DNA from: Antedon mediterranea
Taxonomy: Eukaryota; Animalia; Echinodermata
Reading direction: 5' to 3'
NCBI RefSeq assembly: GCF_964355755.1
Contig: NC_092670.1
Location: 40,536,388 to 40,600,387, forward strand
DNA length: 64,000 nucleotides
Shown: positions 1 to 11,987 of the stretch, piece by piece
Layout of the letters: every line of letters starts with the position of its first letter
Position numbering within the stretch: position 1 is the first letter of the stretch
Position numbers and translations under genes: made by a program
Notes under the pieces: model-generated
What the model was told of the DNA's origin: nothing
The model's database searches: none
The model's input: only the letters and a program-made list of their open reading frames with translations

Positions 1-6
1 TTTCAG

Positions 7-210
7 ATGACAATCCATACTCATAAGTTGAACGTGGTTCAGCAGAGACAGCAACAACATCAGGCTGCCTCTCCTAAGTCCAGTGACTTTCACGCACCCA
101 ACAGGATTAGAAGTGATGGGCGCAAATGTCGTAAGGTTTACGGAATGGATAACAGACATATGTGGTGTACGCAGTGCAGATGGAAAAAGGCATGCACGCG
201 GTTCAACTAA
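7..210 (+). CDS. Terminal coding exon of a C-clamp (CR3) zinc-finger transcription factor, ZNF704/ZNF395/SLC2A4RG family; upstream exons are outside the window
   Basis: Acceptor tttcag at 1-6. Translation ends RSDGRKCRKVYGMDNRHMWCTQCRWKKACTRFN*, the C-terminal C-clamp motif KCRKVYG...WCT.CRWKKAC.RF. An AT-rich 3' region follows. Confidence 0.9.
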   Translation: MTIHTHKLNVVQQRQQQHQAASPKSSDFHAPNRIRSDGRKCRKVYGMDNRHMWCTQCRWKKACTRFN

Positions 211-3200
211 GCATCGTCTATTATGTATTATAATTTGCAGAAAAGTCCAGTTTGTCATTCTTGTATCATGGAGGAATTATTTAGAATAATAATAATAATT
301 ATTAAATAGTTTCTCCGTACTTTTGTTTTAATGATACTTTCCCCCACCTTCATACTGTAGGTAATTTATTCGTAAATGGTTAAGGTTAATATAAACTGTA
401 CAGTTCTGACTGGTATAATCCCATCTAAGCCAGATAGTTGAAAAAAACTTTTTTTTTTTTGCTAAAGTGCCCTTTTAAAACTAGCTGTGAAAATAATGGT
501 AAATAGGAATAGCTCATGACGATTTTTTCCCCCTTTGTGGAAAAAAGAACCAGTCTGTAAAAATCCTGGCAACAGGCTTGCCACCACATATTGGACCAAA
601 TTGATTTTAGTTGGTCAACCTTTATTAGGAAAGGTTGTGTCCCAGGGTGGGTTTACCCCTGACTTCTAATCAAGCCGGTATCATTTTCTGACAATTTTTA
701 TTTTCTGTTTTGGGAAACTTTTTTAAGTTATTCAAATTTAAGATAAATAATTCTGCTGAGCTGAAGCCTTTTATAAAAATATTTATTTTTGGTTAAAAAT
801 AATGTTAAAAGGGGGTTTTTATACCTAAAATTGTTAATATTAAAACATGTTGGTGCAATACACATTTGCGTTGAGCTGTCTGTATTGATTGAACGACAAA
901 CCACCTTTTAAAAAAAAACTAACATAAAAAAACACTTTTAAAAGAAAAAGTAATATTTATACAAATAAATAATTGAAGAAACTATTTTTGATAGTTTGGT
1001 AAAAGTATTTTCTTTCAAAATAAACTGGTTTTTATGTTAATAAGATAACTTAGATTATCTCAAGCAATTTTAAAGTTAATTTAAAAAAAAAAATATCATT
1101 TAATATATTTCAATTTCAATAAAAATACAATTTCTCAATATAAGAAATAAGAGTAAATAAAATAGAATCAGTTTGTTGCTTCTCTTCCCACAATGCCTAA
1201 GGAGCTGTCACCTATCTTGCGTATTCTCATACGTTTCTGAGCATATGTAGAATATGTTTTGATCTGCGTAGTATAGTGGCGCATCAAAGGGTCGCGATTG
1301 TGTTCAACAGGCCATCTACCTGGTCTTTAATTGGATGTTTAGTAAATTAATAAAGTCTTTGAGGAGCATGTATTAAAGTTTTATTTAGGATAAAAATGAA
1401 TTTGAAGTTTTAAAAAATATTCTCTTCTACCTCAGAAAACTTTGGCATCAATGCATTGCTGAACAGAGTTGTTCATTTAAACAAGAGATAATGATACTGT
1501 AATAGCAATTGATATGTTTACAATTACATGTACCCTAAAAACCTACCTACTACAACAAGAACAAGTGTAGTCATGGCAACTATAGCATGCATTGGATGCC
1601 TAGCAACTATACATACTATTCTCTACCTCTCCTTCATTTGCATGTAATGAGAAAAGTGTTTTAATTGACGGAGTTGGTAATAAAAAGCTGAAATCATGCT
1701 TAAATTTAGCGCACAAATTTCTTTTTACATTCAACGTCTATCCTGACAGATGTTCATATGGCCATATATGGGCAAATTGATTTGATTGGTTAATTAATAA
1801 ATTTACAGTCTTACTTAAAAATGCTTTAGAGCAATGCAGTTTATTAGTCTCCCACATCCAGACCTCTAACATCATTAGTCTGCCACATCCAGACCCTCAA
1901 CTAATACACTCTGGTCAAACAATATCCATTGACTAATTAGCTTATAAAACTTGATTAAGAACATTTTTATGAGGATTTTACCATTCGAAAATAGGAATGG
2001 ACTTTCAAAGTACTTTGCAATGTCAAGCATTATTAAAATTATTAATGATTTTAAAGTCGCAAAATCAGTACTTTTTGTAAACAAGGAGGTAATTGTAATT
2101 ATCTTCGATATTTTCTGTATATATTTCCATCAACATGGCTGCATTATCTTTGAAATGTAAATAAATATGTATTAATGTTATTGTTAGCTTATTATTGCTT
2201 TTATTATTATATTTATTGTTATATGATTCAATTATTATTATTCAAGCCCACCCACTTTGAGGTGGGCCTATACCTGAACAACAACGTTTTGATTAAGAAC
2301 TCCCAAAACTGACAACTAAGAGAGAGATGTCTGTATGGATGCGCATACAGTACCATTTTGCTCCATATATCCAGCGTTATACTTTATTTTGGTTCTTTTA
2401 TTTAAAAAAAAAGATTCATATAAAATGGCCAAAGCAGTAAGAACGGATTCGCAACACAATTTTTTTAGATTACAAAAAAATACAAAGATATATAAATTAA
2501 ACTATTTTGTTTATTGATTCTATTCTCTTATCTTTCAATAATATTTTTCCCAGTATTTGAACAATCTAGTGTGCTTCTCCATCGCGATAGGTATTGATAT
2601 TTAATGAAAATCTCATGTTTTATTTAAATAATAATATTATTGTCCATATTTTTATTCTTTCACCTTGTTCTGTAAATAAAAATTTGAAGAAAGTTCAAAT
2701 GTTGTTGGTTTTGCTCCAAATTAGGAAGTTTTTGATTATCAAATTTTATTATTCTATTAACCAAATATGACCGTATTTACACTAATTTATGCTAATTTTG
2801 GACACAATTCTTGGATAAAATCTCATCCTAAAATTTTTGCCAAATTTCATAACTTGGACAGTGAAGAAGTTATTGATTATTCAGGTTGGGGTTTATAAAT
2901 GAGTGAAATAGAACATATGGGCTTATATTCGAATCAATGCTTATATTTATTTGTGTATATAAGAACTTGGTAAAAACTATTTATGGAAAGCAGTTTATAA
3001 TAATGTTTACAAAAATCTAGAAAACAAAAATAATGTTAATTGCTGCAGTAAAAAAAACTTTAAAAGATTTGTTTTATTATAAAAACGAAAGATAGTAACT
3101 AACTAAAGGGGCATTCCCATAAATCTCATGATAGTTTTCCCTTTTTTTATCATCAAATATTAATATTATTTATTACTGTTTATTAAACTTTTTTCCTATT

Positions 3201-3639
3201 TTTTTGTGGAAAAGGAGATGGTTTGGGTCCAGTAAAGTATTATAAAATAAATGATTTATTTTTGTTGTACATTGTAGGTAAGAAACGTATATGCCATAAG
3301 CATATTACAGATTTTAAACTCTTCACTTTTTCTATTTATTAATAATGTTATAATGGGTTTTTTTTCATAAGAGAAATCGTGCTTTTAATTTATAGATCTA
3401 TATAATATAAATGTCATTTAAAGATGTCATTTAAGATAATATAACATTATCATTTTAACATTGGTTGCACTTTGTAAAATATTACACGGATAATGTCATT
3501 ATTAATGTCATTGTTATATAGAATTTATTGTAATAGTTAACTTATGTTAGTGTATGTATTGTATAAAACTTTTAAAAACTTTTATTTTTTACTACTAAAT
3601 GCACATTCAATTATGTTTTAATGTTTGGTACTGTTTGTT

Positions 3640-3782
3640 AAGCTCTGTCCACACTATGAAACTAGTTTGACAAAAAAATGAGATGTTCCCAAATATGGTA
3701 TTGGTATGACATCATCATGTCCATATATGGGCATATCACATTTTTTTGTCAAATAATGTTTGATATAGTGTAGACAGATCTT
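3640..3782. mobile_element. MITE family A copy (TIR aagctctgtctacactatcaaact)
   Basis: Inverted termini agctctgtccacactat...atagtgtagacagatct; internal gacatcatcatgtccatatatgggca core is shared with more than 10 other copies in the window. Confidence 0.8.
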
Positions 3783-3929
3783 AAAATAAAATTCTTTTAT
3801 TTTATCAATTGTTTTCATTCAATAACATCATATTTTACGCACAATATATAAATTAATCATTCGAAACTACTTCTTTCAATTTATATGCACATCAACATAC
3901 TGTACTAAAATTTTTGTTTTATTATTCTA

Positions 3930-4082
3930 AAGCTTAATTTCCACTCGGACACAATACAAGGACATAAGTGCAATGCAGAATAATTTGACCAATCACAACA
4001 CGATGGATCATCCCAACAATCACTTGTGATTGGTCAACTCACATTGCGTTGCAGTTCTTGCATCCAAGTGGGAACCAAGCTT
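3930..4082. mobile_element. MITE family B copy (TIR aagcttggttcccactag, internal ccaatcacaag/cttgtgattgg palindrome)
   Basis: aagcttaatttccactcggac...gtgggaaccaagctt termini; same layout as 25634-25819 and 30748-30878. Confidence 0.75.
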
Positions 4083-4409
4083 GATATTCTTGTACATTAT
4101 TTTTATTGTAAAGGTCAGAGGCTATGTAACTGATTTACATATTATACAGGTGTCCAGTTGCATGTGTTTATAAAATAGGAATGTAAATATTATGCATTTT
4201 TTAATGCATTATGTAAATATTTTATCTTTTATGAATTGTAATCATTTTTTTCTTCAATAAACATTTATTAAACTTGATACATTTATTATTTTTTATTGGC
4301 CTTTAAAAAAGTAAAGTTTTTGAGTATTGAAAACTATTCCAGCCCATGTGCTGGTATTCCTTTAGACACCTTCTTGTGGTCTGTGGACGCAATACTTAAC
4401 CACGCTGAA

Positions 4410-4765
4410 GGTCACCGAAGTAAAGCAACGTTGGGCCTGGTTAGAGCTTTATATGGAGCTGGAGTCCTGTTAGGCATTTGAAATCAGCACTGCTGACTCT
4501 TATGGCAGCCCCTGCATCTAGTATCTGCCTCAGATATATTGGCCCATGCCTCTCTTCTGGTTAAGGTGGGCACTGGACGAGAGAAGCCCTTGATCAATCT
4601 TAAGATCAACCATCATCCAGATGAATGTAAGACAATTGACATTGTCGTTAGGATTAGGCTATAAACAAATGTACTAGGCATCTGAGAAATGGTTGACTAA
4701 AACGGTCCTAATCCTAGGCTTAACGGTTGGAATGAATGATGTGCTAAACAAAAATCACTATTATC
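4410..4765 (+). mobile_element. 5S rRNA-derived segment (SINE3-like element or 5S pseudogene fragment)
   Basis: gtcaccgaagtaaagcaacgttgggcctggttagagcttt...cctgttaggcattt (4410-4480) resembles the 5S internal control region and 3' end; a relatively GC-rich SINE-like body follows. The 3' boundary is approximate. Confidence 0.5.
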
Positions 4766-4816
4766 CTATTTTTTGGTATAAAAATGTATTTAATGCAACT
4801 GTAGTATATACAAATC

Positions 4817-5046
4817 ATGTAACAATAAATGTACAGCAGCCTAGGTATCTATCTAACATTATGTAACAATAAATGTACAGCAGCCTAGGTATCTATCTAA
4901 CATCATGTAACAATAAATGTACAGCAGCCTAGGTATCTATCTAACATTATGTAACAATAAATGTACAGCACCATAGGTATCTATCTAACATTATGTAACA
5001 ATAAATGTACAGCAGCCTAGGTATCTATCTAACATTATGTAACAAT
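4817..5046. repeat. 44-bp minisatellite, about 5 copies
   Basis: Unit atgtaacaataaatgtacagcagcctaggtatctatctaacatt. Confidence 0.95.
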
Positions 5047-5362
5047 ATAAAATACCGTATTTAAAACACAATATTAACAAACACTGATAGTTAACTACTG
5101 TAGGATGGACGGCTTAATTACGATAAAAAATACTTAAACCAATACAGGCCTGGATTCAATATGCAATACTGTATTTCATTAATTATTACTTTTTATTATG
5201 TGCTTTTTATTTTGACAGGTTTCATCTAATTAAAGTTGTTCTTTTATTAATAGAAGAATCCCTCAACTAAAACAGAAGATCTTCAAGATAAAACAAAGAC
5301 AATTGTAAGTTATATAAATTATTGTATTAATTTTTTTAAATGATCAAATTAATTCAACAATG

Positions 5363-8300
5363 TTAATTTGATATGCCTCCATGAATGTGTACAAAATCCA
5401 TAAGATCATTATTAAATGGTAAGTAGAAGTTTTCTAGGATGTCACGCGTCGCTGGCAGCATATCACCCAACTCTAGGTGGTCCTTTGTTGATCTAGAGTT
5501 CTTAACTGTTCTATTTAATATCTTCTTCTTGTCTTCTACCGTGTCTATTGACAAGAACAATAAAAAACTTTATTTATTAGTCGCTCGATTGTAATATAGT
5601 TCATTATTATTGGATTTATCATTTCTTTATTACGTTTATTAAGGCAAGGATGGCGTATCTTTATTTTGGTCACATGATCGATGTAAACAGAGACGGAGCG
5701 ACATAGAATCGAGCAACTGAGAAGTAAGTGAAAATTGGTCACAAAAGATTGATTTTCTTAAAAATGCCACCCTAAACCACCCGTTTAACATATACATTTG
5801 GAATCAGCATCCTAAAATTGTATATAAAAAGATTGTCCGAAAAATTTCTGAGCCAGATGACATCCACCTTGGTCTACTATTATATATTGAATTTTACTCA
5901 AAATTTGATAATCTTATATATTACAGAAACAGCGTGACTTACCAAGCTGCAGGAATTTGTAAACAGCATTGAGAGTTCTCATTGGATGATGATGCCAGTG
6001 GTCTAATAGGATGAAATGTAATTGGTCACGTGGGAAAACTTTAAACCAATCACGTAAGAATATGACATACATCCCAGTTTGTATGGTGTCGACAATGTTT
6101 GTGCTGGCATTCTGAACAGAAACAAGTATTTAAATAGTTGCACATCAGAAATAACATTATTAACTTATTTATTTAATAATTTTTAATTACTGTAAAAATT
6201 ATGGAAAAAGAGGGGCTTCTTTTCGAGATTTTACAGTATTTATGAAACAACTTACCTGGCAAATATCTGTATGATAAGCACAGTATCTTGTAGTGTGTAC
6301 TCTCATACATTGATGTAAACATTTAACAACTTTCTCTACCATGTTATGAAAATCTTCAGCAGATTTCTGCTGACTGCCTCGTCTTGAAAATATATATCCT
6401 GAATATAACCTAATTAAAAAAATAAACAATTATATTTATTATATAAATAATTTGAACCTTATTACAAATATACCCTTTTTTTGTTAGAAATACCATGGTT
6501 AGCATTCAACATTTTATTTGTTTTTAAAATTTGTGACACAAATCAACACATATCACCACCAGATTTGGGCATATCACCACCATATTTAGTGTGATAAAAA
6601 AGTGTGATGTGCCCAAATATGATAGAGATATGTCTCAACAACATTTTAAAAAATGCGCCCTCATGAATGATTGTAAGCATTTACTTTTACCTTTCAATAG
6701 GATCACGCAGCATGAATATTATCTTGGCAGAGGGTGTAAGAGCATATATCAGATCAGCTGTTGTGGCTACAAGTTCACCGTCAATCTCAAAGTCTGATAG
6801 CCAAGATGGAGGAAGGTACCATCCTGTCGTCATGGAGGCATCACCTTGGCAACACAAACAGAGGTTAGTGTAATACATCACAGTCTTGCTTAAGCTCTGT
6901 CTACACTATCAAACTAGTGTGATGTGCCCAAATATGGTAGTGATATGATTAAATATGGTAGTGATATAACATCATCATGTCCATATATGGTAGTGATATG
7001 CTTAAATATGGTAGTGATATGACATCATCATGTCCATATATGGTAGTGATATGCTTAAATATGGTAGTGATATGACATCATCATGTCCATATATGGTAGT
7101 GATATGCCTAAATATGTTAGTGATATGACATCATCATGTCCATATATGGGCATATCACATTTTTTGTGACATAAAGTTTGATAGTGTAGAAAGAGCTTTA
7201 TTGATATACGAAATGAAATTTATATTTTTTATTATTTAAATAATAAATAAAAAATATAAATTTCAATACCAGGGGCAGATCCAGGGGCCTAAATTTGTTT
7301 TAATTAATTGCTAAACTTAACCTAATGTGTAACTTTTGCATCTAAATTTATGTAACATGGACATTTTATTTTGTCTGTACATAGTCTGATTTGAACCAAA
7401 ACAATGAGATCATAAAGCCAACATGCAATCACTAAGCTACTGTACCAGTATTTATTGATGTATTTACCAAATATTGCAGGATGGATGTCATGGCCCTCAT
7501 GATTGATATCATGATTGATATCATGATTGATATCATGTTTCATATCATGATTTATATCATGATTTATATCATGATTGATATCATGATTGATATCATGTTT
7601 CATGTCATGTTTCATATCATGTTTCATATCATGATTGATATCATTATTGATATCACGATTGATATCATGAATTGTTGTAAACGTTGATTCTCCTATTGAA
7701 CTTGTGTACCAGTCTAATGAAGATGGTTGGTATTTGTCACCACCTAAAATACAATGACAAATACATTAACATTTTAATGTTACGAGAGTATGTGAAGCGC
7801 CGCTGAGATTTTCATAAGAATGGGTGCTATATAAACGTTAATGTTAACATTCAGTATGAAATTGAAATGTATAACTTCAATGTATATTACCAAATATAAT
7901 CTTCTATTCAATTTTGTAAATAAATTAAAACTATAGTATGATATAGTATGAAGTATTACTGACTCTTTGAGTTACGTTTGTCTGTATTTTCTGACCTTTT
8001 ATTTTGTTTTGTTTCTTCTGTTGGTTAAGAGAGAACAAGAGAAAAAACATACCCACCCATCATAGTCTCACTAGGAGGGCGTCCTCTGCGCTCATATCGC
8101 CGAGCCCACCATTGATACTCTTTAAATTTTGTCGCAACAACGTGTGGATGTTGTATAATCTTGTCCCAGATGTCGGTCGTTCCGCACTTTGGAAACCCGA
8201 CAATGTAGAAGTAAGGAAGACAAATGAAATGGTCGCTGTTGTTATACCAACATGGGTTCTTGTACTCCTTTAGGAATTTGCGAGGAACTTGTACAAATAA

Positions 8301-8814
8301 CTAGAAAATAAAAAGATATTAAGCTTTCTCTACACTATCAAAGTTTATGTGACAAAAAAATGTGATGTGCCTATATATGGACATGATGATGTCATATCAC
8401 TACCATATTTAAGCATATCACTGCCATAAATTTAAATAAGGTTCCTACGTAATTAACTGTAAGAATATTACCTCTTTGTTGAACTCTTTTATTCTTTTAA
8501 GTGTTGAACTATACATAGCTTTTCCACTATGAATTCCATCTTTAAAAAAGAGAAATATGTGACAGAAGTAGATCTACTCAATTTACTAAGTTCAAAATAT
8601 GAATAACATTTTATCATTGTTTAATTTCAGAATTATTAGTTTTAAGAAATCCAGTTTTCTTACTCTTTCTGTCATATTTGCACTTGCCGTCAAAACGTTC
8701 TTGATAAGTACATGGCATAGAATACATGAAAAACAGCAAACTGATGATCAACGAAATTGTAGTAACAGCCAGAAACACTTTCTGAAACATGGATACAAAA
8801 ACATTAACATTCAT
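5363..8814 (-). CDS. CHST15: Carbohydrate sulfotransferase 15-like (GalNAc4S-6ST family), about 465 aa, 8 coding exons
   Basis: Exons 8814-8664, 8539-8472, 8300-8057, 7743-7468, 6844-6691, 6409-6256, 6111-5943, 5544-5363; all GT-AG and phase-consistent, 1398 nt. N-terminal signal anchor; KNPCW, CLPYFYIVGFPKCGTTD (5'-PSB), LRDPIERLYSGY (3'-PB), GMYVIFLRDWFKVFPRDQ, LENFYLPFN. Probable 5'UTR exon donor at 9210-9211. Confidence 0.88.
6892..7198. mobile_element. MITE family A copy with an internal 53-bp tandem amplification
   Basis: tta|agctctgtctacactatcaaact...agtttgatagtgtagaaagagct|tta; the internal atcatcatgtccatatatgg motif recurs at 6971, 7024, 7077 and 7130. Confidence 0.85.
7502..7669 (-). 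repeat. Coding 12-bp minisatellite, (HDIN/HDMK)x14, inside sulfotransferase exon 4
   Basis: Units catgatatcaat/catgatatgaaa, in frame within exon 7743-7468. Confidence 0.9.
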
Positions 8815-8874
8815 GCTGTATATATAATCATAAGCTTGTTACAAAATCTAGATTGGCCTAACCTTCCTTGGCCC

Positions 8875-9150
8875 ACTACTTAGCTACTAGCCTAGTAATA
8901 GTAGTACTAGTGGTGACAGACTAGCCTTCTTGGTAGCCTACTTACTACTAAAGGCAGTATAGTCCTAATTATAGGTAGGCCTAGCTCGCTAGACCTAGTA
9001 CAAGTAGTAGGCCTCCTACTACTACTACTACTACTAGCTAGGCCTAGGCCGAGTAGGCTAGGTAGTAGGCTAGGCTGTAAGCTACTAGCTAGGCCTAGGC
9101 TAGGCCTAGCTAGCCCACTTCTACTAGCTAGCTAGGCCTAGGCCTAGAGA
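8875..9150. repeat. Low-complexity (ctaggcctag/ctacta) tract in the first intron of the sulfotransferase
   Basis: Dense taggccta/ctagctag palindromic words; similar short tracts at about 41965-42000, 56115-56130 and 61635-61655. Confidence 0.75.
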
Positions 9151-9759
9151 GTACCAGCCAGGTTTTTTATGGGCTTTTGTAAGAAGCTGAAGATTTAAAA
9201 GCAGAACTTACCATCGGCATCGAGTTCATTTAAGCAATACTACAAGTCTCTAACAACCATACACGTTTGTGAGAAAAAAAGAGAAAAAACCGGCGTTGTG
9301 TAACAACAACGACAAGCCGGTCGCGCCTTTAGATAAATAATAGTCTTCGCTGCAGATGATTGGTCAAAAGTTGTAGAGAGTCGACAACATTTATGCTCTA
9401 GAGGGCGAACTCCAATCTTATTATAGCACCAAAATGTTGAACCTTTTATTTTGATTACTCTATAACAGTATGAAGTATCTTCCTATCTTTTTCATATTCA
9501 TTTTTCAAAACTGTTCCTAAAAACGGATTTACTTGTAGATTACCGAGCTTACTTGATTCATATATTGCCATTGACTTCACTATTGATATGTTCTTTAATT
9601 GTTTATCTTTATTTAAATCCAGAATTAGGAAATGTTTATATTTGTTTTTTGTGGACTTTGTCGATGTTCTTTTGTCTCATGTTTTATGTATTCCAGTTTG
9701 TTCCCCGCTGTTGATTGTGAATTGAAATAAAATAAAGAATAAGATACTGTATAGCAATA

Positions 9760-11045
9760 GTACAGGTATTTTTTCAAAAAATAGCCATTTCTCGACCTTT
9801 TAATTTTGTGACAAAACTGGTTTCTATACGGTACTATAAGATGATGATAACGCAATATATGATCATAATACAGCAATATTATCGCATAATAGACGTAATT
9901 GAATTTTAAAAACTTGATATTTTGGCCTTTTTATTTTTTGACATAAATGGTTACTATAGCATTATAAACATGCGCAGAGTCGAATAATGCGTTCTGCACA
10001 TCTCAATTGGCTATAGTAACCACTTTTGACATAAATGGTTACTATAGCACAATAAACATGCGCAGATTCGAATAATGGGTTCTGCGCATGCTAATTGTAC
10101 TATAGTAACAAGTTTTATCGAAAAATAAAAAGGTCGAAAATTGGTTCTTTTTTGAAAATATCCCTGTACTATAGTACAGGTAAATTTTCGAAAAATGGCC
10201 AATTTTCGACCCTTTTATTTTTTGACATAAATGGTTACTATAGCATTATAAACATGCGCAGAGTCGAATAATGCGTTCTGCGCATGTCAATTGGCTATAG
10301 TAACCACTTTTGACATAAATGGTTACTATAGCATAATAAACATGCGCAGAGTCAAATAATGGGTTTTGCGCATGCCAATTGTACTATAGTAACAAGTTTT
10401 ATCGAAAAATAAAAAGGTAGAAAATTGGTTCTTTTTTGAAAATATCCCTGTACTATAGTACAGGTAAATTTTCGAAAAATGGCCAATTTTCGACCCTTTT
10501 ATTTTTTGACATAAATGGTTACTATAGCATTATAAACATGCGCAGAGTCGAATAATGCGTTCTGCGCATGTCAATTGGCTATAGTAACCACTTTTGACAT
10601 AAATGGTTACTATAGCATAATAAACATGCGCAGAGTCAAATAATGGGTTTTGCGCATGCCAATTGTACTATAGTAACAAGTTTTATCGAAAAATAAAAAG
10701 GTAGAAAATTGGTTCTTTTTTTGTAAAAATCCCTGTACTATAGTACAGGAAAATTTTCGAAAAATGGCGAATTTTCGATCCTTTTATTTTTTGACATAAA
10801 TGGTTACTATAGCATTATAAACATGCGCAGAGTCGATTAATGGGTTCTGCGCATGCCATTGAACTATAGTAACAAGTTTTATCGAAAAATAAAAAGGTCG
10901 AAAATTAGTCATTTTTTGAAAAAATCCCTGTACTATAGTATGGGGAAATTTTCGAAAAAAATAGCCATTTATCGACCTTTTTATTTTTTGACAAAACTAG
11001 TTTCTATGGTACTATAAGATGATGATAACGCAATATATGATCATA
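9760..11045. repeat. About 285-bp satellite (about 4 units) built of hairpin subunits and bracketed by a direct repeat of about 100 bp
   Basis: Units start at about 9928, 10213, 10497 and 10782. Each holds gttactatagc..catgcgcaga..tctgcgcatg..gctatagtaac inverted repeats. Flanks at about 9770-9867 and 10951-11045 are near-identical. Confidence 0.9.
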
Positions 11046-11310
11046 TACATTTTATTTCCGACATAAGCAAAATATTATCACATAATAATTAAGTTTAAAC
11101 ATATGGAGGAAAACTGATTCCTAAAGATGGCAATTAACTGTATCGGCGTTCCATACTAAACGTTTTCGTGCTGTTTAGATCAATAATCATTGTGCGTAAG
11201 TTCCATTGGTTAGGATTTGTTTTTCTAGAGAGAGTAAACAGTTTTTTTTTATTAATTAATAATTTTGTTCGAAAATGGTATGAAAGTATTCAGTACAGTA
11301 GACATTAGGG

Positions 11311-11343
11311 CAAAGATTGTATAGCGCCGCTATACAATCTTTG
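11311..11343. mobile_element. 33-bp perfect palindrome with a near-perfect 7-bp flanking duplication
   Basis: caaagattgtatagcg-c-cgctatacaatctttg flanked by attaggg and attagtg. Confidence 0.55.
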
Positions 11344-11734
11344 ATTAGTGAGCTAGCTTTCAAAATAGCGACGCGGGTTAGGCGAAACGCGCAGGTCAGA
11401 GTTTTGTCTTAATATTAGTAAAAATATAAATATTTTTGCACATATGGCGTTTCATACGTGTATTACTTAAGTTTGGATATTTTCAGACAAAAATCAAAAC
11501 GACGACGTGTGGAATGACATAAAAAAAGACAATAAATACAGACTTGGAGCAAATCTAGTAATGTTGATACAAACGGATTAACTTTCTGACTCTTATGACG
11601 ACAAGAAAGCTCTTGGCGCGCGCAGGTTCATTTTGATAATAATGACGCGCGGGTTCATTTTGATAGTAATGACGCGCGGGTCAATTAAAGTGTCTCTTTC
11701 GTCTTTCGGCAAGGACTCACCAATATAGATAGAT

Positions 11735-11754
11735 CAGGGAGTTGTAACTCCCTG
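11735..11754. mobile_element. 20-bp palindromic insertion with a perfect 7-bp target-site duplication
   Basis: gatagat[cagggagtt-gt-aactccctg]gatagat; absent from the paralogous exon at about 17753-17770. Confidence 0.8.
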
Positions 11755-11987
11755 GATAGATGTTGTAGTCGAATCCACAGTGGAGTCATCAAGGTAGGTT
11801 ACAAACAATGGGAACATTGGTGTTGCACCTAACCCAATAACAATCTGTCCAATCACCAACCAGAAAACCCCTGATGATTGAACCTCCTCACTTGATTCAC
11901 CGGTGGTGCACCCTTCCTCTACAACCTTATTCGGGTGACATAGCTTATTTTCAGCGTATTCAGTTTCCTTGGTATCATTGTAAAATA

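Noticed and set aside
7481-7687. Plus-strand ORF (MIDI)n
   Set aside because: Antisense reading of the coding HDIN minisatellite.
8614-8663. Apparent premature stop in the first sulfotransferase ORF
   Set aside because: The donor A|gtaaga at 8664/8663 splices in phase to the next exon before the stop.
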